DNA of 59,055 bases from Pseudomonadota bacterium (GTDB lineage: Bacteria; Pseudomonadota; Alphaproteobacteria; Rhizobiales; Xanthobacteraceae): NCBI GenBank assembly GCA_023432885.1, contig JAEZEU010000116.1, forward strand, positions 1 to 59,055, read 5' to 3'. The position numbers and the translations under genes are program-made. Of the stretch, positions 30,665-39,455 are shown one piece after another (the stretch's first letter is position 1; each line of letters starts with the position of its first letter). The notes beneath the pieces were generated by a model. It saw only the letters and a program-made list of their open reading frames with translations. It searched no databases and was not told the DNA's origin.

Positions 30665-31093
30665 CTAGATCATGCGTTTGCGCCAGTAGAGCGTGTGCGG
30701 CCATGCCCAAGGGCATTTTGGTTGATACAGCAGATAACCCGCCTTGATGAAATTGTTCGAAGAGACAACATTGTCAGTGGTGTCCGAGACGACCGCACTC
30801 CAGCCGTTTCGACGAACCTGCGCTTCGACGGCACGCATGAACCGTAACTGCAGGTTGTTGCCGCAGTGGTTCCTCAGCACCCCAACTCGCGAAAAATACC
30901 CCGCGTTGTGTGCATGAGTTGCAGCGATGACTCCGGCAAATCCAACCGGCATGTCGCCCCGATAGGCCAGCCACCAATGCCCCTGTTCGAAGTCCGGAAT
31001 GGCGGCCGCGTCGAAGAATGTAAGACGGTGGACCTCGGTCAGGATGTCAGCGATATCCTCGTCCTGAGCGTCGACGGCTCGAATCCGATACAT
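30665..31093 (-). CDS. GNAT family N-acetyltransferase
   Basis: PVGFAG, SRVGV...HCGNNLQ, SNNFIKAGY. Confidence 0.8.
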   Translation of the reverse strand: MYRIRAVDAQDEDIADILTEVHRLTFFDAAAIPDFEQGHWWLAYRGDMPVGFAGVIAATHAHNAGYFSRVGVLRNHCGNNLQLRFMRAVEAQVRRNGWSAVVSDTTDNVVSSNNFIKAGYLLYQPKCPWAWPHTLYWRKRMI

Positions 31094-31178
31094 TTTGCAC
31101 AACCCTCAAAATGCGCCATCGCTGGCCTGCACGAACCAGCAAGATGGATCGTGAGAGCATGCCGCCTTAATATCCTGA

Positions 31179-31472
31179 CTACTTTCCCAACATGACCTTG
31201 AAGCCAAGCCAGGCTGCCCCGACTAGACCCGTCACGATCACGGTGATTACCGCTTTGAAGGTATAGTTTTGCGCCTGCTCGACGCTCTTGCGCCAACGCC
31301 GAAGGTGCTGGAGGTCGGCGCGCAGTTCCTTTCGATCCTCTTCCTCCATTCCGAACGATGTCAGGATGGCAGCGACGGCCTTCTGCACTGCGCTTTCGAT
31401 ACTGCTGTATTGCAACCTTTGCTGCTCGGCCAACGTTTGCGCAACGATGGCCTTGATATGCTCCTCGCTCAT
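31179..31472 (-). CDS. Phage lysis-region protein with C-terminal TM helix
   Basis: Coiled-coil plus VITVIVTGLVGAAWLGF; in operon. Confidence 0.65.
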   Translation of the reverse strand: MSEEHIKAIVAQTLAEQQRLQYSSIESAVQKAVAAILTSFGMEEEDRKELRADLQHLRRWRKSVEQAQNYTFKAVITVIVTGLVGAAWLGFKVMLGK

Positions 31473-31475
31473 CGC

Positions 31476-31859
31476 TTACCGCCTGATGATACGCGCGACG
31501 TTTTCGAATCCGCGTTTTGCGAAATAGAACGATACGACCAGGTTAGAGGTCACCGCTGCAAAGCCGGCGAGCGGATCGGTGATCCCAAGCCCGAGCACCT
31601 TGTCAAAGATTAGCAGCTTCGCGAAATAGACAGCCACACAGTAGCCCATCAGCTTGTCGGGCTCGTACCAACGCCCCAGTTCAGCTGTGCGATATTGCAG
31701 GATCGCGTTTGCCTCGGCCGATTGGGCCGCGATCTCGCTTGCCGCCAGATCAGCGGCGATCTTGTTGTCGGCGTTCCCGGCTTTCAGCTTCGCATTGTAA
31801 GCGTCGATCAGGCCTTTGATGACCGGTCCTCCGAGGAGGGAGATGATTGCCATCCACAT
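31476..31859 (-). CDS. Holin-like membrane protein
   Basis: Hydrophobic N-terminus, two C-terminal TMs, basic tail; downstream of the lysin. Confidence 0.6.
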   Translation of the reverse strand: MWMAIISLLGGPVIKGLIDAYNAKLKAGNADNKIAADLAASEIAAQSAEANAILQYRTAELGRWYEPDKLMGYCVAVYFAKLLIFDKVLGLGITDPLAGFAAVTSNLVVSFYFAKRGFENVARIIRR

Positions 31860-31860
31860 G

Positions 31861-32103
31861 TCAGACCGCCTTCCGCAATGAACGAAGCCGCGCCACGATG
31901 GTGATAAGGGATATTACGAGCAATATTCGCCCAGCAGTTCTGGGCTCGCCGATTGCTGAGCCAATCTGGGTTCTGAATTCGGGATCGGCAAGGGGATCGG
32001 CGATGTAATCGATAACCTGCAACATCGTGCCCGCAAGCGCGAGGCAGTAACTCCATGCGATGGTCAGCGAACTAAGGCAGGCCTTCTTGATCTTGCACAG
32101 CAT
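31861..32103 (-). CDS. Small 2-TM membrane protein (holin-like)
   Basis: Two hydrophobic helices and basic C-terminus. Confidence 0.6.
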   Translation of the reverse strand: MLCKIKKACLSSLTIAWSYCLALAGTMLQVIDYIADPLADPEFRTQIGSAIGEPRTAGRILLVISLITIVARLRSLRKAV

Positions 32104-32261
32104 CACTTATCCCTGAGTTTGGTCCCGAATTGCGCGACGTGTAGCCGAAGCCTGTCGCCCTAGGCTGTCACCAAATTGATCCAGATCTTGATCGCCGCCC
32201 AGGAACAAACTGAGGCCGAATACCCGGCGGCGAACAGGGCGGCGCAAGACAATAACCACAT
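32103..32261 (-). pseudogene. Small membrane protein with an internal amber stop
   Basis: MWLLSCAALFAAGYSASVCSWAAIKIWINLVTA*GDRLRLHVAQFGTKLRDK*; TAG at 32160-32162; final TGA overlaps the next ATG (TGATG). Confidence 0.6.
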
Positions 32262-32263
32262 GA

Positions 32264-32977
32264 TCACTTCCCTCCGACAATGGCGCCGAGAAGCGACTTG
32301 ATAAGTGCGCCGATCGATCCGCTCGATGGATTGCGGACCGACGGACTTGTCGATGACGGCTTGCCCAGTGACTTCGGCGCCGACGTCGCCTTTGATGCGC
32401 TGGCGCCGGGCGCCACACCCGCACCGAACTGGATTGATGGGTCAAGTCTCATCATCGCCGTCAGCAAACCGGCGCACCCTGGCTGGCGATCGACCGCGTT
32501 GGGGTCGTAAACGCCGTCACGAACGTACTTGCCGGATTGATACTGATTGGTGCCTGCCCAGACATACGGAGATGGTTTGCCGCGCGCGGCATAGCCGAGA
32601 CCGTTATATTCCTCGAGCTTGGTGAGGGCGGCCGCAATGCTCCAATCCTTGTTGCGAGCCGCATGAGGCGCACAGTTCACCAAAGCATCGATTGCTGCAT
32701 CTTCCCAGGACTCGAAGGGCCCTCGCCCCGCAGGCACATGAATCGAGACCCTATCCCAGGGGTCTCCCTGCGCCAGTGAACGCGACCAGTTCTGCGAAGA
32801 CTCCCGTTCATGGATGACTGCAATAATGGACCAGGGAACGCCGGTCCTGGCCTCTACGGCCTGATAGCGCGTCTTTGCTGCGACCAATCGCTTGGCAGCG
32901 GCCGAGAAATCGCGGGTCATCCGGGCGTTGGCCCAGCGTTTCCCGTTCGCTGCCTTGAGCGTTACAACGTCAACCAT
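32264..32977 (-). CDS. Endolysin, lysozyme-family
   Basis: TGVPWSIIAVIHERES, LEEYNGLGY, SPYVWAGT, GKYVRDG. Confidence 0.85.
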   Translation of the reverse strand: MVDVVTLKAANGKRWANARMTRDFSAAAKRLVAAKTRYQAVEARTGVPWSIIAVIHERESSQNWSRSLAQGDPWDRVSIHVPAGRGPFESWEDAAIDALVNCAPHAARNKDWSIAAALTKLEEYNGLGYAARGKPSPYVWAGTNQYQSGKYVRDGVYDPNAVDRQPGCAGLLTAMMRLDPSIQFGAGVAPGASASKATSAPKSLGKPSSTSPSVRNPSSGSIGALIKSLLGAIVGGK

Positions 32978-33100
32978 GTGTTCGCCTATGAAGAACAGCC
33001 GCCCTCTCGGAGGGCTATTGCTCGGGGTAATGGTGAACAAGCCTGCTGTAGCTAAGTGGCAGCTTGCTCGGCTTGGTTGTGGATGATAAGAAGGCGCGCT

Positions 33101-33703
33101 ATGAGACGCGCATTTCCGTGGATTCTATCGACAATTCTGCTGGTTGCCTTTATCGCTTCGTTTTCTGAACTTCAGCGTATGCGAATGCGATTCGGCGAAG
33201 TCACACGCCACACTTTTCACGACCACGCAGGTATTCGACTGTCAGTCATCAAATCGGCGATGGCTCAAACCCACCGCCCTATCGTTCTACTTGGCGATAG
33301 CGTCGCCGAACTCGCTGCGCTTCCCGCAACCGTTTGCGGCAGATCAATTGTCAATGCCGGAATAGGAGGCGCAAGGCTTGAAGAACTCGCCCGTCTCGCC
33401 AGAGAACTAAGCGGCGCGTCGCTTGTTATCGTCGTAGCCGGAACGAATGATGCGGGGTCGCCTACCTTTGAAGCGGACTATTCCCGCCTCATAGCCAGCA
33501 TAGAGCCAGCGACCATTGCTGTCCCCTCAACGGCATTTCAGAGCGTCAACAACCAAATTGTCGCTGCGGCGAAGAAGTCTGGAGCCAAGATTGCCGCGAT
33601 TGGCTTTTCAGAATTCGATGGCGTTCATCCGACCCCGAAAGCTTATCAGGAATGGACGAAAGCAATCTCTGATAAACTTCTTTGGGAGGAATGCTCTAGA
33701 TAA
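33101..33703 (+). CDS. SGNH/GDSL hydrolase with N-terminal membrane anchor
   Basis: Blocks LLGDS, NAGIGG, GTND, DGVHP. Confidence 0.85.
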   Translation: MRRAFPWILSTILLVAFIASFSELQRMRMRFGEVTRHTFHDHAGIRLSVIKSAMAQTHRPIVLLGDSVAELAALPATVCGRSIVNAGIGGARLEELARLARELSGASLVIVVAGTNDAGSPTFEADYSRLIASIEPATIAVPSTAFQSVNNQIVAAAKKSGAKIAAIGFSEFDGVHPTPKAYQEWTKAISDKLLWEECSR

Positions 33704-34703
33704 TCCTCAACAGCTTATTGCAGATAATGGTCGGCTGGACGGCAGAAACCGGAGTACTAGCGCCACCCTGCGCGGTACCCAAAAACGACGCAGTCATTCC
33801 GTTGACCGGCTCATCGAAAGTACCAAGGTTGTTTGTCTCTGTTTGCTTCTGCGCACAAATCAGAGCGCCACTAGCGCCGTTCTGAAACGCGGAACGAGCC
33901 AAGCGAACAGAGCCACCAGATACGCTAATGGAGCCAGCTGGCGTATACGGCGGAAGGTTGGCTGTGAGAAGCGTTTTGCTCTCACCGCCGCCAACCGCGC
34001 CTAGCGCCGCAGCGCTGGTCCCAAAGAAACTAGACGTGAGGCGAGATGCGGCTGAACCGCCCATGTCATCCTTGCCCGCAATGACGCGCCCCCGCAGATC
34101 CGGAATGTTAAATGTGGTTGCACCGTCGCCACTCCCATAAGCAGTACCGAATAGTGCGAAGAGGCCCGAATAAGTGGCGCGCGAAATCGCCTGACCGTAA
34201 GCCAAGGCGAATGCGCTGTGAGGCGAAGAGTTTCCCCAATAGTCAATGCTCGCGCCAAGCGGAATCCCATAAGGGGAGGCGTAGAAGTCCCGTAAATAGA
34301 ATGCCGCATCCGCGTTGCTGTAGGTGCAAGTATACGGCGTGCCCTGGACAAGCATTCCGGCCAGTAGGTCCGTCGCGGGAGCCGGTCGCAACGGCTTGGC
34401 GCCCAGGCCATCCACATTCAGCGTCACGACGGCACCGTTTGTTACATGTGGCGTGAATGCGATCGTCTGTCCGTTGAGTCGGGTCAGTGAGTCGAACGCC
34501 TGGAACGATGACACGGTGTAGGCGGTGGAGGTGCCCCCGGTTGTGAGCGATCCGGCAATGTCGTCGCGATATTTGGCCAATGCGGCCATCATCGCGCGGG
34601 CAGAATCGTTGATGCTGGACGGCGCTTGGCCTTCCTGCCAGTTGATCGATGAATCCGCAGTCGCATCGGCTGCAGCGATCTGGGACCATTTGTAGAATGT
34701 CAT
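33696..34703 (-). CDS. Tail fibre protein with phage tail collar domain
   Basis: GQAISRATYSGLF...GDGATTFNIPDLRGR; C-terminal VQPTIICNKLLRI. Confidence 0.88.
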   Translation of the reverse strand: MTFYKWSQIAAADATADSSINWQEGQAPSSINDSARAMMAALAKYRDDIAGSLTTGGTSTAYTVSSFQAFDSLTRLNGQTIAFTPHVTNGAVVTLNVDGLGAKPLRPAPATDLLAGMLVQGTPYTCTYSNADAAFYLRDFYASPYGIPLGASIDYWGNSSPHSAFALAYGQAISRATYSGLFALFGTAYGSGDGATTFNIPDLRGRVIAGKDDMGGSAASRLTSSFFGTSAAALGAVGGGESKTLLTANLPPYTPAGSISVSGGSVRLARSAFQNGASGALICAQKQTETNNLGTFDEPVNGMTASFLGTAQGGASTPVSAVQPTIICNKLLRII

Positions 34704-34763
34704 CTGCGAAATTCCTGGATGAAGGGACGCGGCGCGCCGGCTCGCCCAACTCTGTTCGTTGCT

Positions 34764-34976
34764 TCAAGAGGTCTTCTGCGCTTCTGAAAACAGCTCAAGA
34801 TACTGTGCGCAGGAGCAAGCCGGCGCGCGTGCCGTAAGCATGTTACGAATAACGCCGATCGGCACGCCCGGACTATCCCGAGCGACCGCTTGTGCGCGCG
34901 CATCGATCAAGGCATCGATATCGGCGCGAATCTGCCTGATCCTTTGTTCAATTGCCGGGGCGCTGGCTGGCTTCAT
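34764..34976 (-). CDS. Hypothetical phage protein
   Basis: MKPASAPAIEQRIRQIRADIDALID...CSC; in operon, overlapping the upstream gene. Confidence 0.55.
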   Translation of the reverse strand: MKPASAPAIEQRIRQIRADIDALIDARAQAVARDSPGVPIGVIRNMLTARAPACSCAQYLELFSEAQKTS

Positions 34977-35445
34977 CCGAATGGTTCTCCTGGACGGTTG
35001 TTTCGGCTTGCCGGCTCGCAGAAAGCTTTTGCCTCGCAGCAGCCGCTTCGTTCTGAGCGCGCCGCAGCGCCTTCTCACGTTGCGCTTCATGGGAATCGAG
35101 CAACGCCTGCACGTCATAAGGCAATGACCTGAACCGCTGCTTTAGCCCCTTGGGCCATGACCGGGGCGGACTAATTCCCGCAACATCGCTGACCACTTCT
35201 GCGACCGCCGTGCCGAGCGTCGGATCGGCAAGGCCGAGCGACTGGTGATATTTCGAGATGTCCTGGAGCGCTGCCCAAAGCCGCTCGATGCCGAGCTGGG
35301 CAAAATCGGACACGAATTGTGCGATATCCCCTGGCCGCGCAGGACAGAATGGTGCGCCGTTTAGCTCGCACCACCTAGCGTACAGCGGCGCGGTGCGTGC
35401 CCTCGCCTGCGCGAGCGCCCCGAGCACAGGATTGATCGGCTGCAT
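34948..35445 (-). CDS. Protein with tyrosine-recombinase core-binding-like N-terminus and scaffold-like C-terminal helix
   Basis: YARWC...CPARPGDIAQFV...ISKYHQSLGLADPT; PPRSWPK...LPYDVQ...RRAQNEAA. Confidence 0.55.
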   Translation of the reverse strand: MQPINPVLGALAQARARTAPLYARWCELNGAPFCPARPGDIAQFVSDFAQLGIERLWAALQDISKYHQSLGLADPTLGTAVAEVVSDVAGISPPRSWPKGLKQRFRSLPYDVQALLDSHEAQREKALRRAQNEAAAARQKLSASRQAETTVQENHSDEASQRPGN

Positions 35446-35452
35446 ATGAGGT

Positions 35453-35722
35453 CTATCGCCTGGCCTTGCGGAGCGCCTCATGGACGTCGCCCATCTTCCT
35501 GCGCAGCTCCATCAGCTGCACGCGGCGGCGAAGGCTATGCGGACTGGAATCGATCTCGCCGCGCAGCTCGGCATCCAAATCGTCCAAAGCAACAGCGCGT
35601 TTGCTCAACCCGTAAAGAGCGAAGTTGTCCGCAATCCTGTCGATTGTCATTGGCAGACCATAGAGCTTGTCAGTGACGGACTCCGTTCTCTCGATAAAAT
35701 CGCGATTGTCGTCTGGTATCAT
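35453..35722 (-). CDS. Hypothetical phage protein
   Basis: ATG at 35722 with AGGA upstream; helical; stops 7 bp before the next gene. Confidence 0.6.
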   Translation of the reverse strand: MIPDDNRDFIERTESVTDKLYGLPMTIDRIADNFALYGLSKRAVALDDLDAELRGEIDSSPHSLRRRVQLMELRRKMGDVHEALRKARR

Positions 35723-35827
35723 CGATATCGGTTCCTGCGGTGGCTGCCTTGCGCGAGTGCGGCCTGTGGCGGCCCTCGAACAGAGCCTCAAGCCGGTTAC
35801 GTTCGAACTTGAAGTCAGCTAAGTCCG

Positions 35828-35956
35828 TCACGGAAAGAAGATCGGCGGTCGTGTGACGGAAAAATCGATGGGCTGGTTGCTGAGCAGACCATCCTGTTTT
35901 GCGTAAGGAAGCAGGGAGAAGGACTGGATCAGACGATCGTCGCGGAAGAAGCGCAT
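35828..35956 (-). CDS. 42-aa mini-ORF carrying an orphan type I cargo tail
   Basis: MRFFRDDRLIQSFSLLPYAKQDGLLSNQPIDFSVTRPPIFFP*; ungapped match to the C-terminus of 39456-40436. Confidence 0.5.
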   Translation of the reverse strand: MRFFRDDRLIQSFSLLPYAKQDGLLSNQPIDFSVTRPPIFFP

Positions 35957-36344
35957 GAGCGCTTGATGCGCCGAACAATCCATCTGCAAGCGCAGACTGC
36001 AAAGATCGGAATCAAATTCGTTATTACGAGAAAGGTAGTCCCCGGCGATAGTTCAAAAAATGATCCAGAATCCATCAGCGCAAAGAAAGCGTTCAGCGCT
36101 GCCGCGAACAAGACGCTTCCAATCAGTATTCCAAGCCAGAACTTCACTTCGGAGTAAGCTCGATGTCGACGAACTCCAATGCAACCAGGGCGGTATAAGC
36201 CAGGAACAGACAGCAGAAATGAAAAGGAGAAAGGCATTGCGCTACGACAATGAAAGGGAATGGACTGGTGAAAGTCACAAGCACGCCGATATAAGCGATC
36301 AGCACGGACTTGAATAATGCGTCGAGGACGCAGCCACCAACCAT
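35929..36344 (-). pseudogene. Multi-TM membrane protein, frameshifted
   Basis: Hydrophobic ORFs 36144-36344 and 35929-36237 overlap in different frames; lower GC; directly behind a LexA-box promoter. Confidence 0.55.
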
Positions 36345-36388
36345 AGGGATGCCGAGAAATTCACTTCAAGCGTCCACTGCCGCAGGCT

Positions 36389-36417
36389 CCTATAGAACAA
36401 ATCAAGAACATTGTCAA
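36389..36417 (-). promoter_or_regulatory. Sigma70 promoter with LexA box (copy 1)
   Basis: TTGACA-at-GTTC-ttgattt-GTTC-TATAGG; 17-nt spacer. Confidence 0.85.
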
Positions 36418-36428
36418 TCTCTGCCGTT

Positions 36429-37637
36429 CTATCGTCCGCTCGACTTCCGCGCATGATAGAGAGCGACGGCATCCTTGATGTCACCCGAGTTCGACAGGCG
36501 AGCGTTGAGCGTCCGCAATTCGGCATGCTGTCTTTCAGCGCGGTTCTGAGCAGTGCCCGGCCGCTGCACCGGCGGGACTGCCTTGGCGATCGCGGCATCC
36601 CTGGCCTTCATCATGAGCCGATACTTGCCGGCGTCGTACATCATGCGCTGAAATACGGCGTTCCGCATCAATGGTTCGCTATTCAATAATCTGACCAGCT
36701 CGTTCATCTCGATGCCGCTTGCCTTCGCAGAGGCGGCGATCTCGACGGCGACGGCGCGTTGCGTTTCGCGGGATTCACCCTTCAGCATTGTCTCCAGTCG
36801 GGCGTCCTCGGAGCGGGCGTAGTTCTGGAAATTGATCCGCGCGATCTCGGCCTGTCGCAAGCCTTCCTGCTGCTGTTGCGCGATAAGCCGTTGTCCGGTG
36901 GCAACCATCGCCTCGACGCGCGCGAGCTTAGCCGGGTCCTTCCGCGACATCTGCTCGAGCGCGGCCGGCAACTGCTCAGCCGGCACGCTTGCGAGCTCGG
37001 GAAACTGGTCGAGAAAGCTCATTTGGGCGATTTGCGTCGCTGACGCAAGACCGCGCAGATATTCCTGCCGCGCCTTCTCGACCTCGCCCAGTTGCTCTTC
37101 AATCGCCTGGCGGATCTGCGGATGCTTCAGCGCTTGCTCCACCTCGGGCGCCAGCTCCGAGGACAAGCCATTGCTCTCCTCATTCGAGGCTGCTCCTTCA
37201 GTTTCGGGTGGCTCAGATTCGGCTTGCCCGGCGTGTGACTCCGGCAACTCGAAGCCGTAGAACTCTGTCGCGTCGGGATCGCGAGCTAGCGCCTCGGCGC
37301 GAAGCCCATCGATCCGCGCGGCGAGCGCCTTCGCTGTTTCGCTCTCTGCAACCAGCTTTTCGAAAGCCAAGGCCCCGGAATAATCGCGAGCAGCGCGCGC
37401 CAAGGTAATGGATTCATTGTGCGACACCCGCTTGCCATCCCGATCCCGGTACTCTCTGACCGTCGGCTCAGTGGGTGGATCAGATCGCCGTTCTGCAGCC
37501 GTGCGCAGCGAAGTAGTGTCACTGCCAATCGGTTCGCTGGAGTCTTTTTCTTCGTCCAAGTCCGGCATCGGCACAAAGTCGGCAATAACAGAATCTTGCG
37601 CAGAGGCAGCCGTCTCAGGACCGGTATCAATCGTCAT
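36429..37637 (-). CDS. Capsid scaffolding-like protein
   Basis: Acidic disordered N-terminus, coiled coils, C-terminal PPVQRPGTA...RLSNSGDIKDAVALY resembling podophage scaffold ends. Confidence 0.6.
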   Translation of the reverse strand: MTIDTGPETAASAQDSVIADFVPMPDLDEEKDSSEPIGSDTTSLRTAAERRSDPPTEPTVREYRDRDGKRVSHNESITLARAARDYSGALAFEKLVAESETAKALAARIDGLRAEALARDPDATEFYGFELPESHAGQAESEPPETEGAASNEESNGLSSELAPEVEQALKHPQIRQAIEEQLGEVEKARQEYLRGLASATQIAQMSFLDQFPELASVPAEQLPAALEQMSRKDPAKLARVEAMVATGQRLIAQQQQEGLRQAEIARINFQNYARSEDARLETMLKGESRETQRAVAVEIAASAKASGIEMNELVRLLNSEPLMRNAVFQRMMYDAGKYRLMMKARDAAIAKAVPPVQRPGTAQNRAERQHAELRTLNARLSNSGDIKDAVALYHARKSSGR

Positions 37638-37652
37638 GCTTGTCGCTCACCT

Positions 37653-38264
37653 TCAACGGAGGTTTTTAGAGATGCTCGCAGCCCAGCGTGCCGGACCTCG
37701 ACGCGTGGGCGTGCGAGCGAATGGCTGCGCCGGGGTCACCAGGTTCGCGGCCAAGACAGCCGGGCTCGCGACCGGATTAGTCGCGTCATCTGCCGGCGGC
37801 TTGAGCGGCGGCGCAGCCGTATATTGTCCCGTCTGGAATCCCGTGATCGCGTTCGCAAGCGCAGCGAAGGGATTTCCGACGGGAGTATACGCCCAACTTC
37901 TAAAGCCGGCGCTCAGGCGATCTCCAAGCTCAGGTTGCGCCTGAACAGGCGCAGCTTCGAATTGCGGCATGAGATAGTCGCCTATTGCGATGCCTCCCGA
38001 AGGAATATCGACGGGACGCGGCGTCGGAATCGGCACATTGCCGACGGCAAATGGTGCCGGGTAGCTCGGAGTTGCCGGTACAGGAGCTGGTTGCACGCCT
38101 GGCGCCCTTTCCATGGTTGGATTGACGATCGAGCCAGGCTGCGGCCATCCGCCAAATCTACCAGGCTGATAGGCGTCCTGTTGCTGCAGTGCCTCCAGCC
38201 AGCCCGTCAAACCGCGGCCACTTTCATATTGTTGCGGCTCGAAATAGTCATCGAAGATCCCCAT
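37653..38264 (-). CDS. Pro-rich putative internal virion/ejection protein
   Basis: MGIFDDYF...GRGLTGWL; coupled (TGATG) to the S74 protein. Confidence 0.6.
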   Translation of the reverse strand: MGIFDDYFEPQQYESGRGLTGWLEALQQQDAYQPGRFGGWPQPGSIVNPTMERAPGVQPAPVPATPSYPAPFAVGNVPIPTPRPVDIPSGGIAIGDYLMPQFEAAPVQAQPELGDRLSAGFRSWAYTPVGNPFAALANAITGFQTGQYTAAPPLKPPADDATNPVASPAVLAANLVTPAQPFARTPTRRGPARWAASISKNLR

Positions 38265-39334
38265 CAGCTCACCTCACTCATTTCTCGAGAGCGCTCGGTG
38301 GCGGCACGATAGTCAACAGCCCTGTAACCGTTCATCTCGATCACCGCCTCGGGCGTCGTCCGTTCCACGTCCTGAGCAAGCAGTCCGATATGAAACGCCG
38401 GCGCCCCCTTGTACCGATATCGGTACACCGGTGTGCCATCGAACAGAGCGCCCACCGCTACGATCTCCTCCTTCAGCCGTTCATCCGACGGCAGAAACTT
38501 CAAAAGACCACCGATGCTGCCCGCGAGCGTGCTGAATTGCTGTGCGCCGGACATCTGCTGTGTCCCGGTCGTCGTGCCCGTCGACTGCGAGCCTAGTCCC
38601 GCGATCGGCACGCCGATTTGCGCAAGCAGGCTGAGCGCCTGAACGGGGATGCCGCGGCGCTGCGCTTCTGCAGCGAGCGTCGCATTGGCTCCGTAGTTCT
38701 GCGCATCCAGCGCAGATTGCGCAGCTGCAACGCCCTGCCCCTGATTGGTCAGGTAATTCTGCTGCATGCCCGAGAGCGTGCTGGCCGTGGTGTTGCCGGC
38801 GTTGTAAAGGCCGTTGGCCGCGTTGATCTGATTGTTGACGTCCTGATTGTATTGCGCGGCGATGACCGGCGCCTGACCGGCCGCGACACCGCGGGCATAG
38901 GCCATCTGGTTGGCGCCGCTGAGGTCGCGTCCGGCAGCCGCGAACTGCGAGTTGACATTATTGGCGACGTCGGTCTGGATCTGGGCCAGCTGTGCGGCCA
39001 GCGCCGGGTTGTTGCCGATCATGCTACCGGAGGCGTATGGCTGCAGCCGGCTGGTGAACGCGTCGAGATTCGACTGCACATTCCCGGCCTGCGCATTGGC
39101 GCCGCCGCCATTAAGCAGTGACTGCGCGTAGCTGCCGATCTGGCTGGCATAGGGATTGCCATTCGCGGCATTGTGCGAGAGCTGGTCAAGCGCGCCGGTC
39201 TCTGCGCCGGTCATTCCGGTGTTGTTCAACCCGGTTCCGATCTGGCTGAGCATAGCCTGCAACATCGGCTGCGCCGCCGCCCAGGGAGCCGTTTGGGATT
39301 GCTGCGTTTGCGTCGAGGATGATTCTCCACCCAT
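38264..39334 (-). CDS. Putative ejection/DNA-transfer protein with C-terminal peptidase S74 autocleaving chaperone domain
   Basis: MGGESSSTQTQQS, Q/N/A/G-rich body, SDERLK...VYRYRYK...GLLAQDVE...PEAV...VDY. Confidence 0.8.
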   Translation of the reverse strand: MGGESSSTQTQQSQTAPWAAAQPMLQAMLSQIGTGLNNTGMTGAETGALDQLSHNAANGNPYASQIGSYAQSLLNGGGANAQAGNVQSNLDAFTSRLQPYASGSMIGNNPALAAQLAQIQTDVANNVNSQFAAAGRDLSGANQMAYARGVAAGQAPVIAAQYNQDVNNQINAANGLYNAGNTTASTLSGMQQNYLTNQGQGVAAAQSALDAQNYGANATLAAEAQRRGIPVQALSLLAQIGVPIAGLGSQSTGTTTGTQQMSGAQQFSTLAGSIGGLLKFLPSDERLKEEIVAVGALFDGTPVYRYRYKGAPAFHIGLLAQDVERTTPEAVIEMNGYRAVDYRAATERSREMSEVS

Positions 39335-39455
39335 ATGGTGTGTTCCTTGGTTAGTGAAGTCGATTGCGTCCAACCGGCAAGCAGGCATCATTCGCCGGCC
39401 GCGAGAAGTGACCGTAATGTCGCTCAATCGTTGGAAACGAGCGAGTGTGGGAACG

